From assembly GCA_951406725.2 (NCBI GenBank), contig OX597814.1, positions 159,216,001-159,280,000 of the forward strand: a stretch of DNA of 64,000 nt, in the 5' to 3' direction. Positions 12,040 through 24,579 of this stretch are shown in pieces (the stretch's first letter is position 1; each line of letters opens with the position of its first letter). The notes beneath the pieces were generated by a model. It had not been told where the DNA came from, did no database searches, and saw only the letters and a list, made by a program, of their open reading frames with translations. Source of the stretch: Octopus vulgaris. Taxonomy: Eukaryota. The translations under genes were made by a program, and so were the position numbers.

Positions 12040-13545
12040 AGAACCCTCCAAAGTAACCTTAGATGCCAAGAACTTTCCTTAGTATCCTAGCTGTCCCTAA
12101 TAACATTGTTTTCTGAAACTGTACTAAACTGGGTTTTAACCTATTTCAAATCTTTAGGGACAGTTCCTAATGTACCTATAACTACTGGGCTACATTTTAT
12201 CTGCACTTTCCATAATCTCTCTAATTCAATAGCTAGGTCCTGGTACTTTGCTATTTTTTTCTATACCTCTCATATTCATTTTGTCATCATTTGGTATTGC
12301 AATGTCAATTATCTGGCACTTTTTATTCGCTTTATCTACTACTATTAAATCAGTCCTAGCTTTTATTATTCTGTCAGTCTGAATGTTAAAGTCCCACAAC
12401 ATCTTATATTTCTTACTTTGTAGCACTTTACTAGGTTCATGCTCATACCATTTATCAGTATGGTCAAATTCTACCTTTCTACATAACTTCCAGTGGATTA
12501 CTCTCCCTAGATTGTCATGTCATTTTTTGTATTCTTTCTGTGCCAGCATGCTACATTCACTTACTATGTGAGTAACACTTTCCTCTTTTGATTTGCATAT
12601 CCGACATGGAGAATCTACTTGGTTTTTATCTATCTTGGCTTTTATCCAATTAGTCCTTAATGCTTGATCTTATGCAGTTACCTACAAACTTACTGTCTTC
12701 AGTCTTCCTTTCTGCAATCATAATCATGTCTCACTACTACTATTTGTTGCAACTATCTTTGGCAATCTACCATGCAAAGCCTTCTCCAGCCAGACAGATA
12801 ACTTTTGTTCTTTTTCCTGGTTTTTAACTTCATTTAGCTTTTTGGTTTCCCTATGTCTTGCTGTGACTCTAACAGCTCTTAATAAATTTTCTTCTATTAT
12901 CTACATAGGCGCCTATACTTACTCTAGCTAACTCCACGCAGTCTTCTGCTGATATTAAACCTCTTCCACCTTCCTTTCTAAGTAAGTGTAATCTTGCTAT
13001 ACCTGCCCTTGGGTGGAGTTCTCCAATCATATTGAATTCCTTCCTAGTTCTTCTGTCTAGCTTTGCTAATTCAGTTTTTGTCTAATCTACAAAAGCTGTT
13101 GGGTGTCTAAGTAATGATACTGCCCAATTATTTACAGCCTTCAGTAGGTTCAGACTATTTAGCTTTGACTTCATTAGCTTCCTGATCCTTCTGATGTACT
13201 TCTCAATTTTTGCTTTCATTTCTAGAGTTAGTACTCTGTCAGATTCTAATACTCCTAGATGCTTATAACTCTCTCCTTCTTGCAATGATTTTAATGTCTG
13301 GCCATCTGGTAAGTAGATGTCTTCACTTTTGACTACCTGTCCCCTTTTTGAAACTGATATTGCACACTTATCTATGCAAAATTCCATGCCTATATCTTTG
13401 CTAAAGAGTCTTACAGTCTGTATTAAGTAATCTATCTCTTTTTCATCCTTATTAAAAAACTTCAGATCATCCAATGGTTAAATTTTCCCTTACTATTTCT
13501 GAACTGATACCCTGCCTTTGCCTTCCTTAATACTAAACTGAGGGG
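12040..13545 (-). mobile_element. R4/Dong-like non-LTR retrotransposon, 3' portion
   Basis: MDDLKFF...GMEFCIDKCA...YKHLGVLE (RT) and LWDFNIQTDRII...IIDIAIP (RLE); frameshifted. Confidence 0.85.
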
Positions 13546-13599
13546 GAACAAAAAAAGACATATGTTAAAGAGGATATTTCTTTTTATTACAGGTTTTGT

Positions 13600-13802
13600 T
13601 GGAACTCCTAGGATCTTGCTACATGCAGCCTACAGTACCATGCTATCCATTCTTTTCAGCTATCTAATACTTTCCTGATTATTCTGGCTGTGCCAAGGAG
13701 GCAAACTTTTGTAACAGTTCTACTGAGCACTGTATTCCAATTTCCTTTATATTCCTCTTGATGCCTTCTGATACTGTCCCCAAGGACTATTATTATTATT
13801 AC

Positions 13803-13845
<43 letters not shown>

Positions 13846-14805
13846 TTCTCTTTATCACAAGTTTTGTTGGAGCTCATGGAGTCTTGCATACATAGTGGGC
13901 TTGCTACCAGCAGCCAACAGTACCATGCTATTTGTTCTTTTCACCTATCTTATAATTTACTGATTATTCTGGCTAAGCCAGAATAATCAGTAACAGTCCT
14001 ACTGGCACTCTATTCCAATTTCCTTTACATTCCTTTTGGTACCTTCTGATAATGTTCCCAATGACCCAACAATAATTGGCACTATCTTCACCTTCTTCAT
14101 TTTCCATAGCCAGGCTATTTCCTACTTAAGAGGGTTGTAGCTATCTATCTTTTCACCTTCCTTTTTGATTATTTGTGGGTCAAAGGGGCAAGCAACATCA
14201 ACCTTAAAGCCTATGTGGTGCACCTTGTCCACCACCACTAGGTTCGGTCTAGTATGCTCTAGCATCTGATCTGTTTGAATGGGGAAATCCCAGAGGATTT
14301 TGCTTATTTCTTACTCTGCCACTCTCTGTGGTTTGTGCTTATACCATGTCTTGCCTCTTTCTAGCCCTCACTTTTTGCACAGCTTCCAATGGAGCACTTT
14401 TGCTACCTGGTTATATTGCCACAACTTGTAGGGGTTTCGGGTAAGTCTAGAGCTTTCATTCGTGATATGGACAATGGTTTCATCCACTCCATTGCAGATG
14501 TGGCATAGTGGAGACACTTGCTCATTACTTGGGTTGACCCTCCAGTTCATGGCCAGAGCTTGGGCCTGCACTACCAGTATAGTGCTCTTGGTCTTTTTTT
14601 TAGGGTTCCTTTCATCAGCCAATCCCACCTATTTTTTCCAGCAACTTTTGTTGTGGCTACATGGAATTGATTGTGTAGTCCCTTCTTGCATAATTCTTCC
14701 TCATGTCCTTTTTGTATTTCTTTTGTTTTCCCTTTGTTCTCTGCTCTCAATACTCCCTCGTTCCTAACTGTCACTAGCAAGGTTTCCTTACTTTGGGCTA
14801 GGTAT
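13600..14805 (-). mobile_element. R4/Dong-like non-LTR fragments (two 3' ends) interleaved with (TTA)n
   Basis: LLGTARIIRKVL C-terminus; CHIC...ETIVHI CCHC-type region; LHWKLCKK. Confidence 0.8.
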
Positions 14806-14829
14806 CATTATTATTATTATTATTATTAT

Positions 14830-14864
<35 letters not shown>

Positions 14865-16139
14865 TTGTTATCATCATCATCATTATCATCATCATCCTCA
14901 GCGGATTTACAAAATTAGTAGGGTGTCAGACATAAATGTCTTGTGACATTTAGTTATATCCCTCTTTCTGAAAGGAAATCTTGTCAGGAGTTGATAAAGA
15001 AATGGAAATGACTGAATCAACTATCACACAAAATAAATTGTTCTTTGTTAAGAACCTATGCAGAAAACCATTATTATTATACATGAATCTGTAACATTAG
15101 AGAAAGAAATAAGATACCTTGCCTTTGCCTAGTCCAAAACAGCAGAGCAGTAATTAAATAGACATCAGCAATGACATTAATAATGAAAATAATAAAGATA
15201 ACAGCAACAAATAAAAATAATCAGATAAAGCTAGACCTTTAGTGGGAAACTAAATCCCTTGAAGGAAAATATGCACAGAGAATTTTTTTTAAATAGTTTA
15301 TGAAAAATTCTCATTTGTAGTTGATCAACTGTAGCCTAAGATTTAAAAGAAAGAGTTCTAATAAATTCAGCAGTCTTCACACCTATTCCTTTCAGCAAAA
15401 CCTTCTGAAAATGAAGTTGACCAAACTTGCAGAATACATAGATTATGTATGTGAGGAATCCGCTGCCAGGATATTTCCATTGGCATGAATGTCATAAGTA
15501 TGAACATGATATGGTATTGAGAAAGTTCAATACAACTGCACAATATGATTCTGTTTACAAAGAGGGGGATTATAACTTAACTTCTAATCATAGTTTTATA
15601 TGACAAAAAATATATATATATATGTACAATGATTGCTATACCTTACCTTGAAGAAGGAAGCCTATTAAAGGAACCAAAACCTTTCAAAATGCACAAATTT
15701 AGAAGCAGAAATAGCAAGTCTCTTTCACGAAATTTTAGCACTGTTTAAAATATCAGGCTTCCAGTAGTGTTTGTCAAAAGTGGAGAGTCCTTACAAGAAA
15801 GGTATTTTCATAACGAAAATGGTTCATGGAAATTGAGACTATGAAATAGCTCCTTTCCCTGTAAATGGTTATTTTGACATTTAAGTGTATTTAAATATTA
15901 TCAGATGTAGTGGTCTTCATTTATAAAAGTGATTATGTGATGGCACAATCAAAATATCTAAAATTCAAAAAGTTAGGTCAAAAGTAAAATGAAGACATGT
16001 CATCTGTGCAAAAGGAAACAGAATCTGTAGGACTAATTAAACTATAAATCATTGATAAAAAGAAAATACTGTAAAATTAGAGATCTTGGAGAACACCAGG
16101 CTTTGTAGTATAGAGGAATGTGAAAGTGCTATCAATACA

Positions 16140-16545
16140 TGCTGGGTAAAATGTTTGGTGGCACTTTGTCTGCCTTTAAACTCTGATTTCAAATTCTGCC
16201 AAGATCAACTTTGCCTTTAATCCTTTCAAGGTCAATGAAATAAGTACCAGTTAAGTACTAGGGGTTCAAAATTTCAGGCTTTGTACCAATAATAGAAAGG
16301 ATGGTTATTATTATTATTATTATTATTAAGGTGGCAAGCTTTCAGAATTATGAGAACATTGTATAAAATGCTTAGTGGCATTTCCTTTGAGTTTTTAGCT
16401 CTGAATTCAAATCCTACTGAGGTCAACTTGCCTTTCATCATTTCAGAGTCGATAAATGAACTATCAGTCAGATACTGAAATCAATGTAATCAACTAATCC
16501 CCTCCCACTAAAATTGATGGCCTTGTGTCACAATTTGAAATCATT
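16140..16545 (+). mobile_element. Two tandem tRNA-derived SINE copies (Meta-domain-like core)
   Basis: Share the core TCAACTTTGCCTTT.ATCCTTTC...GTC.AT..AAT.AGTACCAG with copies at 34297-34490 and 53689-53905. Confidence 0.65.
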
Positions 16546-17834
16546 ATCACTACTGCTACTACTGCTATACAATAATAGTTTCATGACTGGAAATGAATGC
16601 ATCCTATTGAGCAGGTCTGTATAGGAATTTTGTACTCCACATTTTGTCAAAAGCTTCCTTTTCTAATAAGAAGTGCATCGGCCTTTGTTTTGCTGGATTG
16701 ACAGTGAATTTGGTTTAACAAACTCCATTTTTCTGAATACTGAAAAGAACTGACATGATAAACACATATAATTTTTTTGAATATTGGAATCTTGCCAACC
16801 TATAAAAGTAAAATCAACATGATACACAGCTAAAGTGCTTCTAAGGGCAGCAGCTGGGCAACACATAGTTCTTAGAATCAGACTGTTGAATGCTTATGTA
16901 TATGAGGACATATAATGAATTTATTGAGTTTATTATTTTTGCATATATTTTTGAAATTAGCTATTTAGAGCACTGTTTGAATTTTCCAGAAAATGTACCT
17001 CATCTGTTATGTTTCCACCAAGAGGAAACATACGAGAATAAAAGTCTGGAAAATAGAAACTACTAATTTTCTTTTCTTACTCTTTCTTCAAACTTTTCCT
17101 CATGAAGAATAGATTAAAACTATTAAGAATAGGCTACAGTTTGGCTGAAGAATAATACGTATGTTTCTTACTTTATTGAAATAGTTATATTTTAAGGATC
17201 TAATCTTCATTTTTGTAGTAATTTCAAAGACTATATACTTCAGAAATAATATTATTAAATTTCATATCAAATTTGTGTTAAATTTTAGGTTGAATTCATG
17301 ATGATTTTGGATTTTTAAACATTGGAAACTGTACCACAAAAAGTACAGAAGCAAATTCCAATATCATGCATTATATTATGAGAGAAAACTTAATAGTGCA
17401 ATGGCAAAAGTGTGTGTGCTAAATAAGTAATGTCACAATGTGGGATAGTTATAAATAATGTGCCACATGGGTTCATCCTGTGCACAGCACTCAGCTTCTG
17501 GTTTATAATTGATTCCAATTTTCAAAGTAATTATGCAAAATATTTTCTGGTGACACCAAAAATTACCGCTCAGTGTGTTGGTGGAAGGTTTTGATTTGGC
17601 TGCAAAAAGACATCAACAAATTGATGGCATAAAGTGATACACAAATATTAAGGTTAGGTAAAACAACAATTAGAAAATTTATAGTCTTATTTAACACATA
17701 AATATGAGTAGTATCAATCTCAGTAATTTGCAACATCGTTCAACAAAAACCGCAAATAAACTTAAATAAGCTTGAAATTAAAAAATAATTAAGCCTGTAA
17801 AACAAGTTGATCTCTAATATATATCTTATATAAA

Positions 17835-17840
17835 CATGCA
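17835..17840 (-). promoter_or_regulatory. UGCAUG Rbfox-type intronic splicing element downstream of the micro-exon
   Basis: Minus strand reads gtgagttcaga-TGCATG. Further copies at 17365-17370 and 18617-18622. Confidence 0.5.
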
Positions 17841-17851
17841 TCTGAACTCAC

Positions 17852-17875
17852 CTATTTCTTCATAAGTTTCAGTTT
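17852..17875 (-). CDS. Candidate 24-nt micro-exon encoding (E)TETYEEI
   Basis: ttatttatttcag|AA ACT GAA ACT TAT GAA GAA ATA G|gtgagt. Consensus splice sites, phase 1-1, open frame, TGCATG at +12. Confidence 0.7.
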   Translation of the reverse strand, partial: KLKLMKK

Positions 17876-18740
17876 CTGAAATAAATAAGCATGACATTTA
17901 TTAAGATGTTTTAAATTATAAATTTTATCAAATATGTACCCATATTTCATATTTTTAATGTGTAAATTAGTGCCAAAATTTATTTTGTCTGAAAATTTTA
18001 CATCAGTACCCTCTACCCATTTCAAATAAATAATTTATTAATACTTAGATGCTTTGTTTTAGATTCCTGAAAATTTTAGCATCACTGGATCTAACAATTC
18101 TGAAAACTGCACAAACTAGATCCTCTAGAAAGTGCCACATAAATCAAGATCATAAACTCTTGACCCGTTAACTATCAAGTTCTCAATAAAATGTATTAAA
18201 ATTGAATGGAATTCATTTTTTTTTAGCAAAACAAAAAATCATTTCAAAGACAAGGAAGATAATTATTGCTAAAACAAAACAACACAAATTTAGTATTACA
18301 TAATATTTGAATATTAAAAATTAAATTTTAAATCATAAAGAAAAGATTTTAATAAAAACATAATGGCATATTTTCAAACAGAAAAGCCCAAAATAGAACA
18401 TGAAGTCTTCTACCTAACAATATATATTATTATAAAATGGTAAGTAAAAGTGAATATAATAGTGTATGAATCTACAATGATACAATTGTTTTAGTCTCAA
18501 CACACTATCTCAGATCAAATATTGGCCGTATAAATGCAACTCAATACTATATTTTCCCTTTGAGAAGAGAAGTAAAAATTATTTATTTGCACCAACTTCT
18601 TAAGCACTGGACTTCTCATGCAACTGGCTTATGGATAATATTCCAATATATTTTCAGGTTTTTAATTGTCACCACATGATATTTTTTTTTAAATCAGAAA
18701 AAATAGCATTTACAAAACATAAAAAGAAAGAAATACACAC

Positions 18741-19007
18741 CTTCAACTAGTTTAGATGTAGTTGTAGAGACTGTTCCAGCCACACAAGTGTAATCTCCTT
18801 GATCTTCTACAGTAACATTGTTAATAATAAGTGTGTGCACTTTCTTATCTACTTTCAGTTCCATGCGATCATCAAGTTTTAATTCCTCATCATCTTTCAG
18901 CCAAGTTACTCTTATATTTTCCTTGGACATTTCACAAGTGAATATTGCTGTATTGCTCTCAGTGACCCTCACTTCACATAATTGCTTAGTAAATCGAAGA
19001 GTATCTT
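18741..19007 (-). CDS. Single-Ig exon
   Basis: 267 nt, phase 1-1, ttttag| and GAAG|gtgtgt (weaker donor). EDTLRFTKQLCEVRVTESNTAIFTCE...VTWLKD...DQGDYTC. Confidence 0.9.
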
Positions 19008-19076
19008 CTAAAAATTAAAAAAAAAAAAAGAAATATTTTAAAATATAGTTAATAATAATAATAATAATTATTATTA

Positions 19077-19131
<55 letters not shown>

Positions 19132-19132
<1 letters not shown>

Positions 19133-20680
19133 AGTAGGCTCAATGGAAAAACAAGATCAAGGCAATGAAAACATGGGCTGTTTCTTTAATATGATATGGT
19201 GCAGGTGTTGTTAGGTGGACAAAGAATGAGCTTGAAGAAACAGACAGGAAAACCAGAAAAGTGACAAAAATCAACTAAGAACTACACCTGAAAAGCGATA
19301 TATACAGACTGTATATGCCTAAGAACAAGGGAAGAAGAAGCCTCATAGAATGCAAAATCTGTGATGTCAACGAAAAGAACAGTCTGGGATGGTACATCAA
19401 ACAGCAAAAAACAAGATAATAGGTATCAACACTCTAGCCATCCCAGTTATAAGTTAAGTATTCTTAACTGGACTCTAAATGAACTAATCAAAATAAACAG
19501 GAAATCAAGAAAAATAATGACAGGATTTAGGATGCACTTCCCAAAATCTGACAGAAAATTTATGCAGCTAAAAAACTATTACAAAATAACTACCAAATAA
19601 CAAATACAAATAGCAACAAAACATGAACAAAGCAAAAAACTGTTTTCAGTCTTTAAGGAAGCTGACAAATACAAAAAAGAAGTCAGAATACCTAACAGTT
19701 ATGAACAAAAAAGAAGAAACAACAAAAGCTATAAAACAACTGAAATCCAAACTAAAACTGGAACAGCAACAGTAACAGATCATGATGAAACGATGGCAAG
19801 AAAAGCTCCTTCATAGCAGATACTGGATTAAACTAAACAGAAAAGAAATCAACAAAGCAAAATCCCAACAATGGCTGAGAAGCTCAGGACTCAAAGCAGA
19901 GACTGAAGGATTTTTAATTGCAGCGCAAGATCAAAGCCTTCCCACCCGAAATTACCAAAAATGTGTAATGAAAAGAAATACACATACAAAAGAATTACAT
20001 TTTTAACTGCAGAATATGTGGAGATGGAGAAGAAACAATAAATCAATTTGTCTCTGGCTGACCAATCCTAGCTAAGAAATAATATATTTGCAGACACGAT
20101 AGAGTTGGGACCTATATATACTGGCAGCTATGCCAACACTATGGAGTAACAACAGAAAAAAGATGGTACAGGCACACACCAGAAAAGGTCACAGAAAATG
20201 AAAGAGCAACCATACTCTGGGATATGCCAATACACACAGATAGAGAAATTAAGGCCAATAGGCTGGATATAGTTGTCATAGATCACCAAGAAAAAAATGC
20301 CTTCTAATCAATGTATCAATACCAACAGATGACAATGTTTCTCTAAAAGAAACAGAGAAACTTCCAAAATACAAAGATCTGGAAATAGAGGTAACTTGAA
20401 TGTGGAGTCTTAACACAGAAACAATTCCTATCATAGTAGACACATTAGGTATGATAAAAAAAATATTCAGACAAATACTTAACAAAAACATCAAGACTAT
20501 CAAGTATATATAACATACAGTAAATAGCACTACTAGGCACCACACACATCCTCTGTAAAACACTTTCAATACAGTGAAAATAAGAGCACAACAAAGCACA
20601 GCACATACCCAAGGCACACAGAGCTGCGCTCAGTAGTGCAGTGAAAGCATGTGATAAAAATAAGACTACTTAATAATTAT
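19132..20680 (+). mobile_element. R4/Dong-like non-LTR fragments starting at a (TTA)n tract
   Basis: WLRSSGLKAETEGFLIAAQDQSLPTRNY; LWDMPIHTDREIKANRLDIV. The 3' end runs into TAA/GAT repeats. Confidence 0.85.
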
Positions 20681-21380
20681 GATGATGATGATGATGATGA
20701 TGACGATGATGATAATCACCATCATCACCAGGAGGATTATTTTCACATCTACTTTTTCATGTTGATATGGGCTGAATGTGACATCCTGAAGCAGTATAGT
20801 ATAACCAGATGTCTTCAGAAGACAAACCTTATTTTTGTTTTAAAGTAAAGTATTTTATTCTATCTCTTCACATGCTAAACCACCAAACTGCCAGACTATT
20901 CAACATTTCTGCACTCCAAAGTGCAGTAATATGAAGATATGGTGAGACTAACACACAAGCTCACAGTTGTGTATCATGAAGTTCCATTCAGAAAGCATTA
21001 ATCAACTTGAGGATAAAGTTGCCCTAGAAGTTATGAAGTGTGATTGAATTGAAAACCACAAGAAAGTAGATTTCTTAAGTACACAGCCATGTTTGTATCT
21101 ATAAGCTGATCTAAAAAATTTTCTCTTTTGTAACAGAGTACAAGATTTTTATTGAGTAACATGTTCAAATTGTTTTACTGAAATTATCAAATTCTGTACA
21201 ATAAATTACCATGACTGTCCATATTGTATACATCCTGATTATTTATCTTAATTGTTATGACAACATCAATGGTGAAAGAGATGAGTGGTGGAGTCAAAGG
21301 GATAACAGTTTTGAGAGAACAAGAAATAAAGAATGATATAAAGACGTATTCAATAACCTTCTATTAAAATAACAACTTAC

Positions 21381-21644
21381 CTTCTACAGTCAAATTGGAT
21401 TCTGTATATAATTCTCCAACAAAACATTTATATTCAGCTGTGTCTTCATCTGTAACATTTTTTATTCTAAGTTTATGAACTTTTCCTTCATTGATGATTT
21501 CTGTTCTTTCATCACTTGTTATTTCTAAGCCATCCTTTGTCCACACAACCTCAACGTTTTCAAGTGATTCACAAACTAATTCAATTGTTTCATCTTTAAA
21601 GACTCTCTTATCAGTTAATTTCTTTGAGAATGCTATTTTCTTTT
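21381..21644 (-). CDS. Single-Ig exon
   Basis: 264 nt, phase 1-1, ttacag| and GAAG|gtaagt. EKKIAFSKKLTDKRVFKDETIELVCES...VWTKDG...DTAEYKC...NLTVE. Confidence 0.92.
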
Positions 21645-23677
21645 CTGTAATTAAGTTAAAATTTTAATTAATATAAAATTTTAAAGAATTATTCTGAAAA
21701 GTTAACTACAGGAACACTTGCATTACAAGAGTATCCTGGAAAATGCAAAATCCTGTAACACAGAATCCTATAATGCAAAATTAATTTTCCCGTTGATTTT
21801 CATGTTATAAAATGATAATGCCTTCCAACAAATAATTTCAAATAAACATAAAAGGGAAAAACAAGTAAAATGACTACTTTTATGCAAGACAATAACAATC
21901 TCTAATAATAGACAGTACAATATGAATACATAAAAGCATTTAAAGTGAAATATGTTAAGGAATATATAAGAAATGTCTTGCACCCATACTCTATTACATT
22001 TAATACCCAGCTGTTCTCTCAGTTCACTTTTACAGTCCCTGTCTCATTAGAGTAAAATACTACACACTTTGTGTATGTTTCAAACCATCTTCCTTTCATA
22101 TAGAGTGAAACTCTCTTGCTAACAAAGACAACCTCTTCCTATTCTAGTAGTTTCTGCTCCAAATAGCTGTTGTTCGTATTATAATCAACTATCAACTATA
22201 ATTAATAAGCTGACTGAGCAGTTTAGGAACTTCATTTCATACATGTTCCAATCATTAATTATCCTATGCATTTGTTGTATCTGAAGTTCTTTTTTTTTTA
22301 TTTCTTGTATCTGAAGTTCTACCAAATTCCTAATATCGTTTTTGCACATACTCTTTGGTGTGTCTGCATTCCTCAGCTTCTACTCACTCCTTTTTTATGT
22401 ATATTACTAGATTACAATCCGCACTCCATGTGGACTTTTAAGCTTGCTCCTGCGGAGGGTTAATTCAGCCTGCAGCCCAAAACTAAAGATAGTAATAATA
22501 ATAAAGCATTTATTGGTACCCTACCAATATGGTATTACTTTGAATTCAGTTTCAATGAAAAACTTGTGTATTTTTGGACTTCTTCTAAAATTTGAATTTT
22601 CAACTTTTAGCATATAACAAATCCTCAGCCAGACCTGATCCCAATGCTGGATGTTCAAGACCAAATGAAGGGCAGATTTTCAATCCTGGGATCATCCTGA
22701 TTCCAAAAAGATATAATATGTCTATGTAGAACAAATGTAGACTGAGATAGAGGGGTCGTGGTCAGAAAGAAAGAATTTCATGTTTATTATTATAGAAGTA
22801 AGGAAACTTCCCAAATTTCATGCTCTCTATTAGTAACACTTTAGTCTTTAACATTTAGTCCTTTGAATCCAAGATTGTACTTTTGAATCATGAACTTTTT
22901 CTGTAACTCTGTAGCTCTCAACTGGTTCTACTCTGAATACCAGATCATTAGCATATAAAAGTTACCAAAAATAACTGGGATGAACTCTTTATAAATTCAA
23001 GAACTTTAATGAATGGTCAGGTGCAGAGGTCAGTACCCTAGTGAATACCCACCTATATTATTATTTGTTAGTAAATTAAATTATGTTTTGCATTTGCTGC
23101 TAAATTATCATCTTCATTATTTACCTTATTTTTTACCAAGTGAAAAAAAAATATCAATTAAATCAATTATCACAAATGATAATAATGTAATTATTGATGA
23201 ACTACAAGTAATATTTCCATCATTAGATACATTTTACAGCTCTATAAATATTTGCAATATTTTCTGCAGAAGAATATTCAAGTTGATTTTCTAATGTAAA
23301 ACTATTTTATGATTTTTCTTTTCACTGAAAACTTCCCCCTTTTCATCAAGCTTCAATTTTGCTGAGTTTTTTCTTTTTTTTTTTCTTTACTAGATTTCAA
23401 AATTTCTATAAAGAAAAAAACTAATTAAAAACATTTTTAGGTGAATGCCATTTTGATATACTAATCTTCCTAAACCATCTGCTTGTTTGTAGTTAGAAAT
23501 CATTTAATAATTGTGTTTTTCTTTTTTTTTTTTTTTTTAGTTATTTATTTTATCTGTCAGCAAATAATTAAAACAGCAATTTTTATCTGGTTTGGAATTC
23601 AAAGTATTTCTAAAAATACAAATATCTTTTTTTTTTCATATGTAAATTTAAACTTGATTGAAAAGAAAACATCATAC

Positions 23678-23944
23678 CATGTACAATCAACTTTGCTGTA
23701 GTTGCAATACCATCTACAACACAAGAGTATTCTCCAGTATCTTCCATATTAACATGGTTTATAATAAGTTTGTGAAGTCTTCTGTCAGTTGATGTCTCAA
23801 TTCTGTCAGTGTCAGTCAGTTTCTCACCATCTTTCAGCCAAGTAACTAAAACATCATCTTGAACAGAAACACATGTAAGAATAGCTATTTGTCTTTCATC
23901 TACTGTGAGACATTTCAACTTCTGTGAAAAACCAGCTGTCATTT
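23678..23944 (-). CDS. Single-Ig exon (duplicated group, copy 6)
   Basis: 267 nt, phase 1-1, ttacag| and CATG|gtatga. EMTAGFSQKLKCLTVDERQIAILTC...DTGEYSC. Confidence 0.92.
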
Positions 23945-24579
23945 CTGTAACATAAATAAGAATTTATATTTAAATACTTTTATTCAATTCAAAGGTACAT
24001 CTAAGTATACTTACATACATAGTAATAAATTATATTAGAGTAATTAGTAATCAAGCAATGATAGAATATGAGAAATGCTCATTTCATTAATTCCATGATT
24101 CTAATTTACAGCACCTTTCTCAATAAATGATCCACAGATGATCAAATGAGTACTTTCCAGACTACAAATCAAAGAATTGTAAATTCATATTCTATCAGCT
24201 GTGTTAATATCAATAATAAACAGCTGAATTCATGGAGTTGTAAATAGCTTCTAAATGGGTGAACAATTACTACTATACACAGGACGAGCAATGTAAGAAC
24301 CTATCTTTTATCAACTTAGAGAACTGAATTCAAATCTTAATGTGAATATAACTATAGAACTGAGGAAATCTGAAAGGTGATATGCTATAGTTACACTAAA
24401 TGAAATAATATGCTTATCACACACATACCTAATGAGTATAGAATAGATGTAAATGGGCTGGTCATGTAAGTTACTAGACTTTAATAATTTGGGTTTATCA
24501 ATAGCATGGAAGTTTTTGTTCTGCATCTAGTCAAGACATATTTTTACATATCCAAGTTAAACTACGAGGAAAATAAATA

